From the IMG/VR virus record IMGVR_UViG_3300031627_001042, positions 1 through 24,427 of that record: a stretch of 24,427 nucleotides of DNA; one strand, 5' to 3'. The position numbers and the translations under genes were made by a program. Below the pieces are notes generated by a model, which did no database searches, had not been told where the DNA came from, and was given only the letters and a program-made list of their open reading frames with translations. Every line of letters begins with the position of its first letter. Positions within the stretch are counted from its first letter, which is position 1. This DNA is from a virus. Its lineage: Duplodnaviria; Caudoviricetes. Shown one piece after another: positions 8,537 through 15,979 of the stretch.

Positions 8537-9694
8537 ATGAGCGAACAAGATAATATTCAAGATGTCACTCAATATATGGGCGCGGCTAGTATAGATATAA
8601 TCGTACCAGATATACCATTACCACCGGAGCCAGAAGAAAAAAAAGAAGTCGAAGATAAAATAGAAGGAGCTTTTAAGTTCGCTTTTATCGGAGCAGGTCA
8701 AGGAGGATCTAGGATAGCAGAGACCTTCCATAAGCTAGGTTACAGGAAAGTAGGAGTCGTTAATACAGCTCAACAAGACCTTAACACTATCAACGTGGAT
8801 AATAAACTCTGCATAGGCTCGGGAGGAGCCGGTAAAGATAGGTCCGTAGCAGCAGAATGCTTTAAGGAGAGAAGAGATGATGTTCTTGATTTTATGCGTC
8901 GGTCTTTTGGGGACGATGTAGACAGAGTATTTGTTTGCGCTGGAGCTGGTGGAGGATCTGGAGCAGGCACTCTAGTCCCTTTGGTTGAGACTTGTCAAGA
9001 GCTTCATGAAGCTATTAATGCTGATAGTAAGAAGGTTGGAGTCATTCTAGCTTTGCCAAAATATTCAGAGGGGCGTAGAGTTAATGCTAACGCTTTTGAG
9101 ACTTTAAAAGAGGCGTGTAGTTTAGTAGAAAAGGGAATCGTATCTCCTCTCGTGATTATCGATAATGAAAAGACTAGCAAGATATACTCTAATGTATCTG
9201 TGACCAATTTTTGGCAGACAGCTAATATGAGCATGGCTGGGGTTTTTCACTTGTTTAACATGACGGCTTCGAAAGATAGTTCATATTCATCTTTCGATTC
9301 TAGCGACTACAAAGGCGTGCTTGATTCTGGTATCGTAGTTTTTGGAGCTACTCCAGTTTCGGATTGGAAAGACCCAGTAAATATTTCCAGAGCAGTAAGA
9401 GGTATCGCCCAAAGCGGCAGCATGTCAGGAGGTATAGATATATCTACTGCCGATACAGCGGGCGCTATTTTAATCGGAGGTAAAGAGGTTCTAGACAACA
9501 TTCCCCAATCTAATCTCGATCAAGCTTTTGATCAGCTCACTAGGATTCTCAGCTCAGGGAGCACAGTACATAGGGGTATATATAGCGGAGACAAGGAGAG
9601 CCTCACTGTCTTCACTATTATTGGTGGAATATCTACGCCTCAGGAGAAATTAAATGAGCTAATGAAGCTAGGAGATTTAGAGGAAACCCCTTGA
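8537..9694 (+). CDS. Tubulin/FtsZ-superfamily GTPase (TubZ/CetZ/PhuZ-like)
   Basis: GTPase loops in order: T1 IGAGQGGSRIA, T2 VNTAQQDL, T3 GAGKD, T4 GAGGGSGAG, T5 LPKYSEG, T6 IIDNE, T7 SFDSSDY. Confidence 0.93.
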   Translation: MSEQDNIQDVTQYMGAASIDIIVPDIPLPPEPEEKKEVEDKIEGAFKFAFIGAGQGGSRIAETFHKLGYRKVGVVNTAQQDLNTINVDNKLCIGSGGAGKDRSVAAECFKERRDDVLDFMRRSFGDDVDRVFVCAGAGGGSGAGTLVPLVETCQELHEAINADSKKVGVILALPKYSEGRRVNANAFETLKEACSLVEKGIVSPLVIIDNEKTSKIYSNVSVTNFWQTANMSMAGVFHLFNMTASKDSSYSSFDSSDYKGVLDSGIVVFGATPVSDWKDPVNISRAVRGIAQSGSMSGGIDISTADTAGAILIGGKEVLDNIPQSNLDQAFDQLTRILSSGSTVHRGIYSGDKESLTVFTIIGGISTPQEKLNELMKLGDLEETP

Positions 9695-9723
9695 AGAAAA
9701 TATTTCTAAAAATAGAAAAAACA

Positions 9724-9750
9724 ATGTAATTGATTGTATATAATAGGAGA
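9724..9750 (+). promoter_or_regulatory. Candidate promoter (ATGTAA 9724, TTGTAT 9734, TATAAT 9739) and Shine-Dalgarno AGGAGA (9745-9750)
   Basis: Intergenic sequence upstream of ATG 9759. Confidence 0.5.
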
Positions 9751-9758
9751 AATTCAAA

Positions 9759-10358
9759 ATGGCAACAGTAAGTAAAGACACAGCTTTCATCGTAAGCAAA
9801 CACGGCAGCCCACTCTCGCAGCTAACCAGCGGTACTGGGCCGGGTAAAATAAAATACATCCATGGAGGAGCAATTAAGTCAGCTGGCGACGTAGCGGTAG
9901 CAAAAGCGGGGCCTACTGGCATAGTATTCCCTCTTCATGGGGATCAGGTTGGTGACCTATGGGGAAATAGCAACATCAATATTATTGGTGACCCTGCAGA
10001 GGCTAATTATTCTTTGAGCTCAGGAGACTTGTTCTCTGATGGAGTCGGGGCCAATGGAAATGCGGAAAAAAATGGTGGCGCACAAAAATTTGTTAACGCT
10101 GTACTTGATGGAGCTTATAGAGCATATCAGTCAGGAGTTGACCAGACAAGTGGTCTTAGTAGCATGACGATTACAAGAGGAGACTTGAGCCTATCTAACA
10201 CCTCCGTTAATGACGGCACAGGAATTGTTAACACTTATAGCAGAAGCTATTCCGTTAATTTTAAATATTTCCAATCTGGAACTATTAATATGTCGGGCAA
10301 CCTTGATCCGGCTAAACCAGATATAGCAGATGACAATTCGGACGGAGCTCCGTTCTAA
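9759..10358 (+). CDS. Hypothetical Gly/Ser/Asn-rich protein, probably abundant and virion-associated
   Basis: 199 aa; strong SD and a dedicated downstream terminator; no recognisable family. Confidence 0.6.
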   Translation: MATVSKDTAFIVSKHGSPLSQLTSGTGPGKIKYIHGGAIKSAGDVAVAKAGPTGIVFPLHGDQVGDLWGNSNINIIGDPAEANYSLSSGDLFSDGVGANGNAEKNGGAQKFVNAVLDGAYRAYQSGVDQTSGLSSMTITRGDLSLSNTSVNDGTGIVNTYSRSYSVNFKYFQSGTINMSGNLDPAKPDIADDNSDGAPF

Positions 10359-10383
10359 TTTTAGAAACTGTTTTTTCCTATTT

Positions 10384-10424
10384 AAAACCCCCCTATTTTT
10401 TGGGGGGTTTTTTTTATTTTTTTT
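10384..10424 (+). terminator. Rho-independent terminator
   Basis: AAAACCCCCC-tatttttt-GGGGGGTTTT hairpin followed by long T tracts. Confidence 0.85.
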
Positions 10425-10443
10425 ATAAGTTTTTTAAAAATAA

Positions 10444-10449
10444 GTGTAT
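10444..10449 (+). promoter_or_regulatory. GTGTAT candidate late-promoter element
   Basis: Directly after the terminator, 18 nt before ATG 10468. Confidence 0.5.
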
Positions 10450-10467
10450 AAACTCTTAGGTAGATTG

Positions 10468-10938
10468 ATGCAATTTAATTTTAAGATGAAATCTCTAGAT
10501 ATAGACTATACCGTGGGAGCAAAACCGACACTAACTTCTAATATAGAAAGAACCTTAAAAAGCGACGATTTAGCTATAGAATTTTCAAACAAAGTCCAAG
10601 AGATACTCGTCGGCAAAATTACCTCTCATAATTTAACTAATGATGTTGAAGTAAGTCTAGATCAAGTCACTAAGATTTTCAAGGATAGTTTTGCTAACTT
10701 TCTTAAACCAAGCTTTGCTTTAGCTGACGTAAACATATTTCTCAATATGGCTACAGCAGGAAACGTTGATATGGGTGATCACTTTGAACCCTCAATAGAG
10801 GAAATGAAAGAGGCAGAAAGAGAAACTAAGGGGCACGGTCTAGAAAATTATGATTTTAGGAATGTAGATGATCTATATCTACAAACTGAAGAAGAGACGA
10901 AAGCTGAAGCTTACACTTGGCTCGCAAGCGTAACATAA
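10468..10938 (+). CDS. Hypothetical acidic protein (start more likely ATG 10468 or 10486 than GTG 10444)
   Basis: The ORF-track GTG start coincides with the recurring GTGTA(A/T) motif; in-frame ATGs follow at 10468 and 10486. Confidence 0.6.
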   Translation: MQFNFKMKSLDIDYTVGAKPTLTSNIERTLKSDDLAIEFSNKVQEILVGKITSHNLTNDVEVSLDQVTKIFKDSFANFLKPSFALADVNIFLNMATAGNVDMGDHFEPSIEEMKEAERETKGHGLENYDFRNVDDLYLQTEEETKAEAYTWLASVT

Positions 10939-10948
10939 GGAATAAAAA

Positions 10949-11242
10949 ATGTCAAGATCAACAAATTCACAACCAACCCAAGGAGTACCTCAGCCAGCTA
11001 GGACAGCGAATAAATCCGGAGCGGGAGCTGTCGTAGCCGCCAGTAGCGGAGATACTGTTATTATAACAGATATACTAGCTTCTGTCGCTACGACTTTAAG
11101 TACCGAAGCTGCAGGAGGGGGAGCTATCGTAGCTTATGTCCCGGCTGGAGCAGTTAGTCTTAATCAGGCTATCCCTGTCCCTACTAGCTCTGGTGTTTTT
11201 AGCAGTGCTGGAAATGTAACGGTGAATTATTACATAATTTAA
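10949..11242 (+). CDS. Small Ala/Gly/Val-rich protein, probably a virion beta-protein
   Basis: 97 aa, SD AAGGA upstream, beta-strand-like composition (TVIITDILAS, VTVNYYII), 1 nt from the protease gene. Confidence 0.6.
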   Translation: MSRSTNSQPTQGVPQPARTANKSGAGAVVAASSGDTVIITDILASVATTLSTEAAGGGAIVAYVPAGAVSLNQAIPVPTSSGVFSSAGNVTVNYYII

Positions 11243-11243
11243 A

Positions 11244-12737
11244 ATGAAATATACTACAATTTTTAGCTCCAACGTGAGACCTATAGTTTCTGAGGAAAAG
11301 GATAAGTACCTAGCTCTAGCCTCTGCTTTAGAAGTTGCTCAATTCGTGCCAGAAATAGATACCGAGAAACAGGTCGATTTATTACCAATAGCTTTTAACG
11401 CCTTTGTCGCTAATAGAGTTAACAGGAATGGCGACGTTGTAGATACGGAAACAGCGCTGGCTTTTTATAAAGACTTCAAAAATAAGCCTATTAATATTGA
11501 ACATAATAGAGATAGAGTGATCGGCACTATCCTAACTGCTGGTTTTTCTGAGTTTGGTACAGATAAATCTCTCACAGAAGAAGAAGTCGCGAAACTAGAA
11601 GGTCCCTTTAATGTGACCTTAGGGGGAGTCGTCTGGAGAGTAGTAAACGAAAGAGTCGCTAGCTTGATAGAAGACTCAGCTGACCCAAGTAGCGAAGACT
11701 ATATGAAAATTAGCGCTAGCTGGGAATTAGGTTTTGCTGATTTTAATTTGGTGCTTTTAGAAGGAAATGATAAGAACATAGAAAATGGGACAGTCATCGA
11801 TAACGAAATCGAGATTAAAGCTCTAGAAGAGAATCTTAGATCTATGGGGGGAGAAGGCAAAACTAGAGACGGCAAGTCTATATATAGAAAGGTGATTGGT
11901 AATGTTGTCCCACTAGGTATAGGACTAACTGAAACACCTGCTGCAGACGTAAAGGGCATATCAACTGATGCTACTGCGGAACTAGAAGATCTACAGAGTA
12001 AACTCTCCGTAGAAAAAAACAAAGATACTTTTGCTGAAGTTGATAAAACTTCACAAATACGAGATTATAATGTAATAATCCAAAACGAGGAAAAAAATAT
12101 GAAAATAGAAAGTATTAAAGACATAACTAGCGAGTCTTTGAAGGAGCTTTCCGCCTCGGCTGTCTCTGATTTTATCGAATCAGAACTCAAGGAAGCTTCC
12201 GAGAGATTCTCAGCCGAAAAAATCAAGGTGGAGGCGAGTCTCAAAGAAGCGCAGGAGAAGATCGATGTTGTTAGTAAACAGCACGATAAAATAAAAGCTG
12301 AACTAGACTCTGTTACGGAGAAGTTGAGTGGTCTTGAAACCGAAAAGATAGAAAGAGAAGCTGAGGAGCTATTCAATCAAAGAATGGCTTCCTTGGATGA
12401 GTCTTTTGTTCTTGAGGATAATGATCGCCAAGTTCTTGCTGAGCAGGTTAAAGCTCTTAACGAAGAGGGATGGGAATCCTTCTCGAAGAGAATGGATGTT
12501 CTGCTTAGAGATAAGTCAAGAGAAGTCTTGGCTAAGAAAGAAGAAGAGCAGAAGGCTGTTGAGGTTGAGGAGAAACCCGAAGAGACCAAAGCTTCTGATA
12601 ATGTCGTCGAAGACGCCATTGACAGAGGTAAAAAGGAATCAGAGGTTATACCTACTTCCACGCAAGCTTCAGAAGGTTCTACTTTTGATAAATACAAAGA
12701 CGCTTTTAGCGTCGAACAATTTGATATTAAATATTAA
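11244..12737 (+). CDS. Prohead maturation protease fused to C-terminal scaffold
   Basis: NRNGDVV, FKNKPINIEH...VIG (candidate catalytic His), ISASWE (candidate catalytic Ser), GIGLTETPA; Glu/Lys-rich coiled-coil C-half; upstream of MCP. Confidence 0.8.
   Translation: MKYTTIFSSNVRPIVSEEKDKYLALASALEVAQFVPEIDTEKQVDLLPIAFNAFVANRVNRNGDVVDTETALAFYKDFKNKPINIEHNRDRVIGTILTAGFSEFGTDKSLTEEEVAKLEGPFNVTLGGVVWRVVNERVASLIEDSADPSSEDYMKISASWELGFADFNLVLLEGNDKNIENGTVIDNEIEIKALEENLRSMGGEGKTRDGKSIYRKVIGNVVPLGIGLTETPAADVKGISTDATAELEDLQSKLSVEKNKDTFAEVDKTSQIRDYNVIIQNEEKNMKIESIKDITSESLKELSASAVSDFIESELKEASERFSAEKIKVEASLKEAQEKIDVVSKQHDKIKAELDSVTEKLSGLETEKIEREAEELFNQRMASLDESFVLEDNDRQVLAEQVKALNEEGWESFSKRMDVLLRDKSREVLAKKEEEQKAVEVEEKPEETKASDNVVEDAIDRGKKESEVIPTSTQASEGSTFDKYKDAFSVEQFDIKY
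12099..12737 (+). CDS. Putative nested in-frame scaffold protein (internal start M286)
   Basis: ATGTAA at 12070-12075, GAGG at 12087-12090, A-rich spacer and in-frame ATG 12099 at the protease/coiled-coil boundary. Confidence 0.55.
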   Translation: MKIESIKDITSESLKELSASAVSDFIESELKEASERFSAEKIKVEASLKEAQEKIDVVSKQHDKIKAELDSVTEKLSGLETEKIEREAEELFNQRMASLDESFVLEDNDRQVLAEQVKALNEEGWESFSKRMDVLLRDKSREVLAKKEEEQKAVEVEEKPEETKASDNVVEDAIDRGKKESEVIPTSTQASEGSTFDKYKDAFSVEQFDIKY

Positions 12738-12758
12738 TATTTTAGGAGATAATAAATT

Positions 12759-13400
12759 ATGGCAACGTTTGTAAAAAACACACAACGGCTGAAGCCTTTT
12801 AGGCAACACGCTGAGACAGACGTCGTTAACCTTTTCAGTCTGAAAGACGATGACGGAGACGTTGTAGCTTCTTATGCTGATCTTAAAGCCGATGGCGGTA
12901 AGATCAATAAGGGACTACTTGTTTCTGTTAAGAATGGCTGGAAAAACACTGACGACCCTGTAAATAAGACTGGCATTGGTAACCCCGGTGCCTCTTACAC
13001 AAATACGGTATCATTCCGTTACGGTGCAGCTGCATCGGTGGAGCCTTGCGCTTCGGGATCTCAACCTATAGGTCTGACCATTTGGGACGTCGCAGAAGTC
13101 GACGAAAATGGTGAGAAGTTGATTTACCATCCGCGTAAGGCCGCTGAGATGCAGGCTGTAGTTAGTGGTCAGGCAGTTCCTGTCTTGACCAAGGGTATTG
13201 TTCTTTATAGTGGGAACTTGACTAGCGGCGGCGCTGATAGCGTTTCGGCTGGTGCTAAGATTTACGCTGACATGCTTCGTCAGGGTGATCTGAGCGCTTC
13301 CTCTACCGAGGGCACTGGCAGTGCTACACAGACTCAGGTCGGTGTCGCGCTTGGGGCCGTTGACGCTGATGGTTTCATTCTGTTAAAGATTGACCTCTAA
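12759..13400 (+). CDS. Probable capsid decoration/cement protein
   Basis: 213 aa, SD AGGAGA, between scaffold and MCP; AVVSGQAVPVLTKG and the G..AGAKIY...VGVALG...ILLKIDL ending resemble head decoration proteins. Confidence 0.6.
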   Translation: MATFVKNTQRLKPFRQHAETDVVNLFSLKDDDGDVVASYADLKADGGKINKGLLVSVKNGWKNTDDPVNKTGIGNPGASYTNTVSFRYGAAASVEPCASGSQPIGLTIWDVAEVDENGEKLIYHPRKAAEMQAVVSGQAVPVLTKGIVLYSGNLTSGGADSVSAGAKIYADMLRQGDLSASSTEGTGSATQTQVGVALGAVDADGFILLKIDL

Positions 13401-13425
13401 GATTTAAGAAAGGAAATTTAAGAAA

Positions 13426-14595
13426 ATGAGACTTAAGTTAAAAAACACCCCAGAACAAGTGGAACTCATCAAAGCGATGGGTCACAAAAATCAGCTTGTT
13501 GCACGCGAAGCCTCAGAAGCTTTTGCAGCTTTTCTAGGCCCTGTGGTTCAGAGAGTTTTGCAGCAGGCCGCTACGGCCGGAGCCATCTATACAGATGCTC
13601 CATTTAATCAAGACGAAGGAGCTAGTTATCCTCTAGACTTGTACTATAACGAAACCAACGATGGTTACGTTAGCGTATGGTCACAGAACGTCGCAGGTGG
13701 TCTTCCGACCTCTCAAGACGTCTCTGCGATTCAAGAGTTGAAGATCGCTACTTATCGTTTGGACACAGCCGTTTCGATCACTAAGAAATACGCCAGACAG
13801 GCTAGACTTGACGTAGTCAGTAAGCTTATCGAACGTATGGCTCAGGAAGTACTTCTCAAGCAGGAAAGAAATGCTTGGGCAGTGGCTCTTAATGCGTTGG
13901 CTAACGCGACTACAAGTCATGTGACTGCTGATTCCGTTGGAATCACGTCTTTGGCCTCTGGTTCGCACGTTATCCCTGCGTATAACACTAATAGGTTCCA
14001 GCTCGCTGATCTTAACAAACTGATGACTCTTAATAAGAGAATTAATCAGTCTTGGGCTGCTGGTTCCGCTGACGCTCCTTATAGCGCAGGAATCACTGAC
14101 TTGTATGTCAGCCCTGAGATTAAGGAGCAGATTCGCGCTTTTGCTTATCAACCGATGAACACAAAGGGTGCGGGTCAGGCGACTCCAAGGACCGACGTTC
14201 CGCTTCCGGATAATATTCGTACCGACATCTTTAATTCTGCTGGTATGCAGGAGATTTATGGTGTGAATGTTGTGGAACTTAACGAACTTGGTATTGGACA
14301 GAAGTACAACACCTTGTTTGATGAGTTTGATAGCGGAAATATCGCTCCTCATGCTTCTACCGCTGGCGAGGCTATCGCTTTTGCTGGTGGGACTCATGAG
14401 CTGTGTGTCGGTATCGATAACAGCAAGGGAGCCTTCGTGCGAGCTATTGCTCAGGATAGTGATTCAGGCGACACCTTTACTACTGCTCCTGACGATCAGT
14501 TCACTCAGAGAAATGAGAGAATTGGTTTCTATGGTTCACTGGAAGAGGGAAGAGTTTGTATCGACTCCAGAGCGATTGTTGGCTTGACGGTTTAA
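13426..14595 (+). CDS. Major capsid protein (HK97 fold inferred)
   Basis: 389 aa, SD AAGGA, canonical position after protease/scaffold; spine-helix-like IERMAQEVLLKQERNAW, LYVSPE, IYGVNVVE, IGFYG; followed by a strong terminator. Confidence 0.85.
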   Translation: MRLKLKNTPEQVELIKAMGHKNQLVAREASEAFAAFLGPVVQRVLQQAATAGAIYTDAPFNQDEGASYPLDLYYNETNDGYVSVWSQNVAGGLPTSQDVSAIQELKIATYRLDTAVSITKKYARQARLDVVSKLIERMAQEVLLKQERNAWAVALNALANATTSHVTADSVGITSLASGSHVIPAYNTNRFQLADLNKLMTLNKRINQSWAAGSADAPYSAGITDLYVSPEIKEQIRAFAYQPMNTKGAGQATPRTDVPLPDNIRTDIFNSAGMQEIYGVNVVELNELGIGQKYNTLFDEFDSGNIAPHASTAGEAIAFAGGTHELCVGIDNSKGAFVRAIAQDSDSGDTFTTAPDDQFTQRNERIGFYGSLEEGRVCIDSRAIVGLTV

Positions 14596-14618
14596 AGCCA
14601 GAAACTACAATATATATC

Positions 14619-14648
14619 AAAGCCCCCTTTTCGGAGGGGGCTTTTTTT
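14619..14648 (+). terminator. Rho-independent terminator with UUCG loop
   Basis: AAAGCCCCCTT-TTCG-GAGGGGGCTTTTTTT directly after the MCP gene. Confidence 0.92.
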
Positions 14649-14669
14649 ATTCTTTTGTTAGCTGGTTTT

Positions 14670-14685
14670 GTGTAAAAGTATGTAT
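14670..14685 (+). promoter_or_regulatory. GTGTAA (14670) / ATGTAT (14680) candidate late-promoter elements
   Basis: Between the MCP terminator and the SD AAGGA / ATG 14706. Confidence 0.5.
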
Positions 14686-14705
14686 AACGGGAAAAGGATA
14701 AAGTT

Positions 14706-15128
14706 ATGGCTGCAAAGAAAGAAACAACGGCTGGACGTAGAAATACACCCAAAACAAAGGCAAAAGCAAAAGCAAGAACTAAGGTTAAAATGAAAGAAAT
14801 GACCCAGACTCACGCAATGGAAGAAAAAGAAGTTTTTGAAAAGACTACTTTGGATCAAATCTGGGGAGACGAGGGTTTTTCTAAATACGGTACTCAAGAC
14901 GAAGAAGGCTACCTATCGGGTATTAAGAGTATGAATAGAAGCGATCTTCATTCCCATGCGGTTAAGCATGGTATTTTACCAGTCGACAACAGAGTCCTTT
15001 TAACGACTAGACTCCTTAGAGAGTTTAAGAAGTACTTACTAGCCTACAAGAAGCCTTCAAAAACTCAATCTAGGAAAGTTAAAAATACATCTAAGAAAGC
15101 TACCTCTATTCTAGCTGAAGGTAGATAA
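14706..15128 (+). CDS. Hypothetical basic protein
   Basis: 140 aa with Lys-rich termini (KTKAKAKARTKVK), SD upstream; central helix pair MNRSDLHSHAVKHGI...LTTRLLREF is loosely SAP/HeH-like. Confidence 0.65.
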   Translation: MAAKKETTAGRRNTPKTKAKAKARTKVKMKEMTQTHAMEEKEVFEKTTLDQIWGDEGFSKYGTQDEEGYLSGIKSMNRSDLHSHAVKHGILPVDNRVLLTTRLLREFKKYLLAYKKPSKTQSRKVKNTSKKATSILAEGR

Positions 15129-15129
15129 G

Positions 15130-15135
15130 GTGTAA
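15130..15135 (+). promoter_or_regulatory. GTGTAA candidate late-promoter element
   Basis: In the 17-nt gap, 10 nt before ATG 15146. Confidence 0.5.
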
Positions 15136-15145
15136 TCATGTCTGT

Positions 15146-15979
15146 ATGTCTCATACTATTAAGACAGGACAGTTAGACCTTGGTGGCTTAAAAACTTATT
15201 TTTCTACTAATCTCTCCGGTAGTGCTGAAAATACTACGGGTTTTTACCCGTATACAGGTAACCCTGCTGAGTTTGCTAATTCTGGATATGTAGACGCCAT
15301 AAGTGGGGCCATTTCTGGTTATATAGATTCAGTAAGCGGCTTATTAAATACTAGGTTAATAGAATCTGGCACAAACTTAAGCGGCTATACATCTTCTCTT
15401 TATGCAGAGCTGAAGTCCGATATAGATTTCGTAAGTGGCTTAGCAGTTGATGGAACAGCGGGTGCTGATGGGGCCACGTTGCTTTCTCAACAAAATGCAG
15501 ACGATATAAGTATACTTAGTGGAGAAGCGTTATTTCAAACAGGGCAGGATTTATTGCTGCTGATAACAGGAGCTAGTGGAGATGGGGTTAGCGGATTTGT
15601 TACTGGTTTAGTAGATGAGGCTAGTGGGGTTTTAGATCAAAAAATAGGGAATCTAAATACTAATTTAAGAAGTCATATCCAAGAGGACTATTTGTCGAAA
15701 AGGGACTCGACAGGAGGGACTGCAGGCGTATCAGGGTTAGTCTCTTTTCACAAAAAAGTCAAGTTTAAAAGAAGTGTAGAGCTAGAAAGGGTAGACGAAC
15801 ATGATGAGATACAAACATATCAAAGCGGAGTCAATCTCTACTCTTTAGTAAGCAGTCACACCGAGGAGGGGGCAGCTCATCAAGTCATGACTACTTTCTT
15901 AAGGTTTCCTCATAGTGGAGACAGCGCTAATCAAAACATAATAGTGGGCTCGTTTATGTACAGTGGGAGTATATCATAA
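15146..15979 (+). CDS. Ser-Gly-rich virion protein, N-terminal paralogue of ORF 5518
   Basis: 277 aa, about 16 SG dipeptides; shares TGQ(I/L)D...F....SGSAxNT(S/T)GFYxY..NPxxF; TAATG coupling to next gene. Confidence 0.65.
   Translation: MSHTIKTGQLDLGGLKTYFSTNLSGSAENTTGFYPYTGNPAEFANSGYVDAISGAISGYIDSVSGLLNTRLIESGTNLSGYTSSLYAELKSDIDFVSGLAVDGTAGADGATLLSQQNADDISILSGEALFQTGQDLLLLITGASGDGVSGFVTGLVDEASGVLDQKIGNLNTNLRSHIQEDYLSKRDSTGGTAGVSGLVSFHKKVKFKRSVELERVDEHDEIQTYQSGVNLYSLVSSHTEEGAAHQVMTTFLRFPHSGDSANQNIIVGSFMYSGSIS

Noticed and set aside
8537-9694. Host cell-division ftsZ or a bacterial dcw cluster
   Set aside because: No ftsA/ftsQ/mur neighbours, no FtsZ C-terminal linker and peptide, loops deviate from FtsZ, and the context is wholly viral.
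9695-9737. Short inverted repeats (AGAAAataTTTCT; ACAAT...ATTGT) after the tubulin gene as terminator or operator
   Set aside because: Stems are 5 bp and AT-rich, expected by chance at this composition, with no T tract.
10444-10467. GTG start of the 164-aa ORF as given in the track
   Set aside because: The GTG is part of the recurring GTGTA(A/T) element right after a terminator, with no SD; a downstream ATG is more plausible.
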